31,148 nucleotides of DNA from an uncultured Coxiellaceae bacterium (GTDB lineage Bacteria; Pseudomonadota; Gammaproteobacteria; DSM-16500): positions 1-31,148 of the forward strand of contig CAZEEF010000002.1 in assembly GCA_964511095.1 (NCBI GenBank). The letters are read 5' to 3'. A program made the translations under genes and the position numbers. Each line of letters starts with the position of its first letter. Position 1 is the stretch's first letter. The notes beneath the pieces were generated by a model. That model did no database searches, had not been told where the DNA came from, and worked only from the letters and a program-made list of their open reading frames with translations. Of this stretch, positions 27,143 through 31,148 are shown in pieces.

Positions 27143-28122
27143 TTATTGTCCGCAGTCCATTACGGATTTCATTGGGCGGAGGCGGTACGGATTTACCGTC
27201 TTATTATCAAGAACACAGTGGTTTTTTAATTGCCGCAGCAATTGATAAATATGTGTATATCACATTGCACCAAACATTTGTGGAAGAGCTGATTATTAAA
27301 TATTCCAAACTTGAGCGCGTGTGTTCCGTGGATGAAGTGGAGCATCCTATTATACGTGAAGCATTAAAACATACGAATATTGCGGCATCGCATTTAGAAA
27401 TTACGAGTATGGCAGATATTCCTGCAGGTACAGGTTTAGGTTCATCTGGCAGTTTTACAACCGCTTTGCTGAAGGCATTATATACGTTAAATAAAAATTT
27501 AGTGCATCCACGGGAATTAGCGGAAGAGGCGTGTCACATAGAGCTTGAATTATTAAAAGAACCCATCGGCAAACAAGATCAATATATCGCTGCATATGGC
27601 GGCATTACCTGTTTTAATTTTTTGCCAAATGGTCAAGTAGAAGCATGGCCTTTGAAAATTGATCAAGAAACCTTATTTAATCTGGAAGATAATTTATTAT
27701 TATTTTTTACAGGCTATTCTCGCTCGGCATCAAATATTTTAATGGAGCAAGATAAAAAAAGTAAAAATAAAGATACTAATATGATTGCCAATTTACATTT
27801 TATTAAAGAATTAGGTTTTAATAGTAAAGAGGCTTTAGAAAAGGGTGATTTGCATGAATTTGCTAATCTCATGAATGTGCATTGGCAACATAAGAAAAAA
27901 CGTTCCGGCAATATGAGTAATACACAAATTGATGAATGGTATGAATTAGCACTAAAAAATGGCGCACTGGGTGGAAAAATGATTGGCGCTGGCGGTGGTG
28001 GTTTTCTTATGTTTTATACAGATGATAAAGCAACCCTCCGTCATGCTATGCGTCAAGCTGGTTTAGAAGAAGTACGTTTTCGATTTGATTTTTTGGGTAC
28101 ACAGGTTGTTGCGCAATCATGA
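27139..28122 (+). CDS. hddA: GHMP-family anomeric sugar-phosphate kinase (HddA-like)
   Basis: PLRISLGGGGTD, P.GTGLGSSG, GKQDQY..A.GG, GGK.IGAGGGGF. Confidence 0.88.
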   Translation: MIIVRSPLRISLGGGGTDLPSYYQEHSGFLIAAAIDKYVYITLHQTFVEELIIKYSKLERVCSVDEVEHPIIREALKHTNIAASHLEITSMADIPAGTGLGSSGSFTTALLKALYTLNKNLVHPRELAEEACHIELELLKEPIGKQDQYIAAYGGITCFNFLPNGQVEAWPLKIDQETLFNLEDNLLLFFTGYSRSASNILMEQDKKSKNKDTNMIANLHFIKELGFNSKEALEKGDLHEFANLMNVHWQHKKKRSGNMSNTQIDEWYELALKNGALGGKMIGAGGGGFLMFYTDDKATLRHAMRQAGLEEVRFRFDFLGTQVVAQS

Positions 28123-28829
28123 ATAAAATAATTTTTCCAATCGTTATTTTAGCAGGTGGTTTAGCAACCCGGTTACGTCCATTGACAGAAAAAATGCCTA
28201 AAGCCTTACTCGAAATACACGGCGAACCTTTTATTACACATCAATTACGTTTATTGGCAGCGAAAGGTATTCAAGCAGTTGTCTTGTGTTTAGGCTATTT
28301 AGGCGAACAGATCATTGATGTGGTGGGGGATGGAAAAAAATTGGGTCTGCAGGTGAAATATAGTTTTGATGGAGACAAATTATTGGGAACAGCGGGTGCA
28401 ATCAAACAGGCTTTTTCACTTCTTCCTGATACTTTTTTTGTTCTATATGGTGATTCTTATTTACCCTGTGATTACTATCTTGTTCAGCAGGCATTTTTAC
28501 AGAATGATTGCCGGGGTTTGATGACGGTTTTTTATAATAAAGATCAATGGGACACCAGTAATATCGAATTTGCTAACCGACAAATTTTAGCTTATGACAA
28601 ATTGCAACGTACATCCCGCATGCAGCATATCGATTATGGACTGGGAATTTTGACAAAAAGCAGTTTTGATTCTATTCCTGAAAATCAATTTGCAGATCTG
28701 GTAACGGTTTATCAGCATTTATTAAAGCAACAACAATTAGCGGCTTATGAAGTTCGTGAGCGATTTTATGAAAATGGTTCACATCAGGGGATTTGTGAAT
28801 TAGGACACTATTTAGAAAAAATAAATTAA
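28119..28829 (+). CDS. Sugar-1-phosphate nucleotidyltransferase (HddC-like guanylyltransferase)
   Basis: ILAGGLATRLRPLT..PK, LGTAGAI, LYGDSY; lies between the kinase and the isomerase. Confidence 0.85.
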   Translation: MNKIIFPIVILAGGLATRLRPLTEKMPKALLEIHGEPFITHQLRLLAAKGIQAVVLCLGYLGEQIIDVVGDGKKLGLQVKYSFDGDKLLGTAGAIKQAFSLLPDTFFVLYGDSYLPCDYYLVQQAFLQNDCRGLMTVFYNKDQWDTSNIEFANRQILAYDKLQRTSRMQHIDYGLGILTKSSFDSIPENQFADLVTVYQHLLKQQQLAAYEVRERFYENGSHQGICELGHYLEKIN

Positions 28830-28838
28830 GGAGTTTCA

Positions 28839-29435
28839 ATGGATTTCATCAATCAATTTTTAACAGAAACAAATCATATTGTTGCAGAATTAGATAAAGA
28901 ACAAATTGCAAAATGCGTTGATTTGTTGGCAACAGTACGCGAATGTGACGGTCGTTTATTTATTTTGGGTGTAGGAGGCAGTGCGGCAAATGCTTCTCAT
29001 GCAGTGAATGATTTCAGAAAAATCGTCAATATTGAAGCGTATGCGCCGACTGATAATGTCTCTGAGTTAACAGCGCGGACGAATGATGAAGGCTGGGCAA
29101 CTACTTTTTCTCAATGGTTAGCGGGCAGTCGTTTAAAAACGAACGATATGGTTTTGGTTCTTTCAGTGGGCGGCGGAAATCTCGAAAAAAATGTGAGTCC
29201 AAATTTAGTGTCTGCACTGAAATATGCAAAAAATGTGGGTGCTAAAATCATTGGGATTATTGGCCGTGATGGTGGTTTTACCAAAACGGTTGCCGATGCC
29301 TGTGTGATTATTCCCACACCGAATCCAGAGAATACTACGCCGCATGCAGAAGCTTTTCAGAGTGTTATTTGGCATTTATTCGTATCACATCCCAAATTAA
29401 AAGCCACGCCAACCAAATGGGAATCGGTGCTATAA
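28839..29435 (+). CDS. gmhA: SIS-domain phosphosugar isomerase, divergent GmhA-like
   Basis: G.GGSAA.A.H, TA..ND.G, GRDGG, AD..I.P; active-site positions differ from E. coli GmhA (see findings). Confidence 0.75.
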   Translation: MDFINQFLTETNHIVAELDKEQIAKCVDLLATVRECDGRLFILGVGGSAANASHAVNDFRKIVNIEAYAPTDNVSELTARTNDEGWATTFSQWLAGSRLKTNDMVLVLSVGGGNLEKNVSPNLVSALKYAKNVGAKIIGIIGRDGGFTKTVADACVIIPTPNPENTTPHAEAFQSVIWHLFVSHPKLKATPTKWESVL

Positions 29436-29436
29436 C

Positions 29437-29973
29437 ATGAAAAATTGCGCAGTTTTTTTGGATAGAGACGGTGTTTTAAATGCTGCCATCATAAAAAATG
29501 GTAAACCTTATTCACCAGCATCGATTGCTGAATTAACGATTCCACCCGATGTGCCCGCCGCATTAAAAAAATTAAAATCTGCTGGCTTTTATTTAATTGG
29601 TGCAACCAATCAACCGGATGTTGCACGCGGTAAAATGCAAAAGTCCACTGTCGAAGAAATAAATAATATGTTATTGAAACAGTTACCGCTGGATGATTTG
29701 TTTGTGTGTTATCACGATGATCAGGATGACTGTGATTGTCGTAAACCAAAATCGGGTTTGTTATTACAAGCGGCAGAAAAATATCAATTATCACTGACCG
29801 ATTCTTTCATGGTGGGCGATCGTTGGCGCGATATCGAAGCAGGGCAGGCAGCGGGTTGTCAAACGATTTGGATTGATAATCACTATACTGAAATGAAACC
29901 CAAAAAACCCAGTTTTATAGCATTCAATTTTGGGGATGCTGCGAAATGGATATTAAATAAAGTGAGGGAATAA
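29437..29973 (+). CDS. gmhB: HAD-family sugar-bisphosphate phosphatase (GmhB-like)
   Basis: VFLDRDGVLN, TNQ, C.H....C.CRKP Zn motif, GDR..DI.AG. Confidence 0.9.
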   Translation: MKNCAVFLDRDGVLNAAIIKNGKPYSPASIAELTIPPDVPAALKKLKSAGFYLIGATNQPDVARGKMQKSTVEEINNMLLKQLPLDDLFVCYHDDQDDCDCRKPKSGLLLQAAEKYQLSLTDSFMVGDRWRDIEAGQAAGCQTIWIDNHYTEMKPKKPSFIAFNFGDAAKWILNKVRE

Positions 29974-29976
29974 AAA

Positions 29977-30717
29977 ATGTCAGCTGTCAATCAGTTAAAA
30001 GTTAAGATTTTTGCAGATGGTGCAGATAAACGTAGCATGCTAGAAATGTATCAAAAGCCTTATATCAAAGGATTCACGACTAATCCTACCTTGATGCGTC
30101 AAGCAGGCATTGTTGATTATTATGCATTTTCACAAGAAATTTTAGCGCTCATCAAAGATCGACCTATTTCTTTCGAAGTATTTGCAGATGATTGGAAGAC
30201 TATGCATTGGCAAGCATTAGAAATAGCAAGCTGGGGCAGAAATGTTTATGTTAAAATTCCGGTCACCAATACAGCGGGCGAGTCGAGTATTCAGTTAGTA
30301 GATAAATTAGCCAGGGCTGGTGTGCAACTTAATGTGACGGCATTGATGACATTAGATCAAGTGCGTGAAATCAGTGAAGCCATTGGTGATAAGGCGGCGG
30401 CTTGTATTTCTGTTTTTGCTGGTCGAATTGCTGATACAGGCAGAGACCCTGTTCCTTTGATGGCGGAAGCCGTGAAGATTCTGGCGAGATATCCAAATCA
30501 AGAATTGATTTGGGCAAGTCCCCGTGAATTATTGAATGTCATCCAGGCAGATGATGTGGGATGTCATATTATTACAGTGACGCCCGATGTTTTAAAAAAG
30601 TTAGATTTGATTGGTAAATGTTTAAATGAATATTCTTTGGATACCGTGAAAATGTTCAGACGTGATGCAGTGCTTGCCGGTTTTTCTTTACAATCTGAAG
30701 AAGTGGAATTGGCGTAA
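29977..30717 (+). CDS. tal: Transaldolase (small TalC/FSA-size type)
   Basis: GFTTNPTL, SFEV (Glu), VYVKIP (Schiff-base Lys), NVT, SVFAGRI (Phe rather than the Tyr of FSA). Confidence 0.88.
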   Translation: MSAVNQLKVKIFADGADKRSMLEMYQKPYIKGFTTNPTLMRQAGIVDYYAFSQEILALIKDRPISFEVFADDWKTMHWQALEIASWGRNVYVKIPVTNTAGESSIQLVDKLARAGVQLNVTALMTLDQVREISEAIGDKAAACISVFAGRIADTGRDPVPLMAEAVKILARYPNQELIWASPRELLNVIQADDVGCHIITVTPDVLKKLDLIGKCLNEYSLDTVKMFRRDAVLAGFSLQSEEVELA

Positions 30718-30748
30718 TTTTAGAATAAAGATGAAACCGGAGCTAGAA

Positions 30749-31148
30749 ATGCCCAATATAAATGCACATTCAAATGATGTTAGTCAAAACAAAAAATATA
30801 TTGTGGCATTTTACATGCTTTTTACGATCGGATTAATTTTGCTGACTTATAAAATAGGGAGTAAATTAGGAAGCACTATTGCGGATTATTTAAATGCATC
30901 GATTCAATACAGAGCATGGGCTGAAACTTGTCTGGAGATTGCAAAACCGAGCCAGTTATTAAGTTATTTGCTTCCAGCGCTTTCTCTCTGTTTTTATTAT
31001 TTTTTAGCTTCTTTGCACTATAATGGTTATATTCGGTTTAGGAATCCATTATTTACGCAAGAAAATCGTACTGGAAAAATGATTCTATATAGCGTGCTAG
31101 CGGTATTAATCAACTTCTTTTTGCTATTAAAAATGAATTACCATCTTG
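30749..31148 (+). CDS. Membrane protein of unknown function (3' truncated by window edge)
   Basis: Frame is open from ATG 30731/30749 (GGAG 6 nt before 30749) to the window end, with at least three hydrophobic segments; absent from the ORF track because it has no stop codon. Confidence 0.6.
   Translation, partial: MPNINAHSNDVSQNKKYIVAFYMLFTIGLILLTYKIGSKLGSTIADYLNASIQYRAWAETCLEIAKPSQLLSYLLPALSLCFYYFLASLHYNGYIRFRNPLFTQENRTGKMILYSVLAVLINFFLLLKMNYHL

Noticed and set aside
6234-29794. Short antisense and alternate-frame ORFs in the track (e.g. 6234-6524, 7365-7691, 10010-10330, 19052-19282, 25424-25750, 29489-29794)
   Set aside because: All overlap longer genes with clear family motifs and show no recognisable motifs themselves; treated as shadow ORFs.
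1-31148. Mobile elements, CRISPR arrays, tRNA/rRNA genes, and a taxonomic assignment
   Set aside because: No transposase or integrase motifs, repeat-spacer arrays or RNA-gene signatures were seen; nearly all sequence is coding. No marker gene is present to support naming the organism.

Overview
AT-rich bacterial window filled by one large cell-surface glycan locus: about 32 CDS, all on + except one, with many ATGA/GTGA start-stop overlaps. No rRNA, tRNA, CRISPR or transposase was seen. Three modules are visible. (1) 394-12202: CDP-4-keto-3,6-dideoxyhexose synthesis (rfbF, rfbG, and an RfbH/ColD-like PLP enzyme lacking the Fe-S cysteines), a ThDP carboligase, two reductases, a 3-dehydroquinate-synthase-like enzyme, an HpcH aldolase and a GtrA/GtrB-like/GT-C delivery set. 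I infer a C4-branched higher-carbon sugar of the yersiniose/caryophyllose type. (2) 13317-18869: FkbH-ACP-MaoC-SDR-MBOAT-SGNH, inferred to make a glyceryl- or lactyl-ACP and move the acyl group across the membrane onto a glycan. (3) 18938-30717: a GT-C/GT2 pair, a methyltransferase and nine sugar enzymes. At family level these match eight of the nine enzymes of the lincomycin GDP-octose (lincosamide) pathway, with an SDR in place of the aminotransferase, suggesting a rare deoxy-octose or unusual heptose. All family calls come from motifs read by eye, no database search was run, and all product structures are hypotheses.
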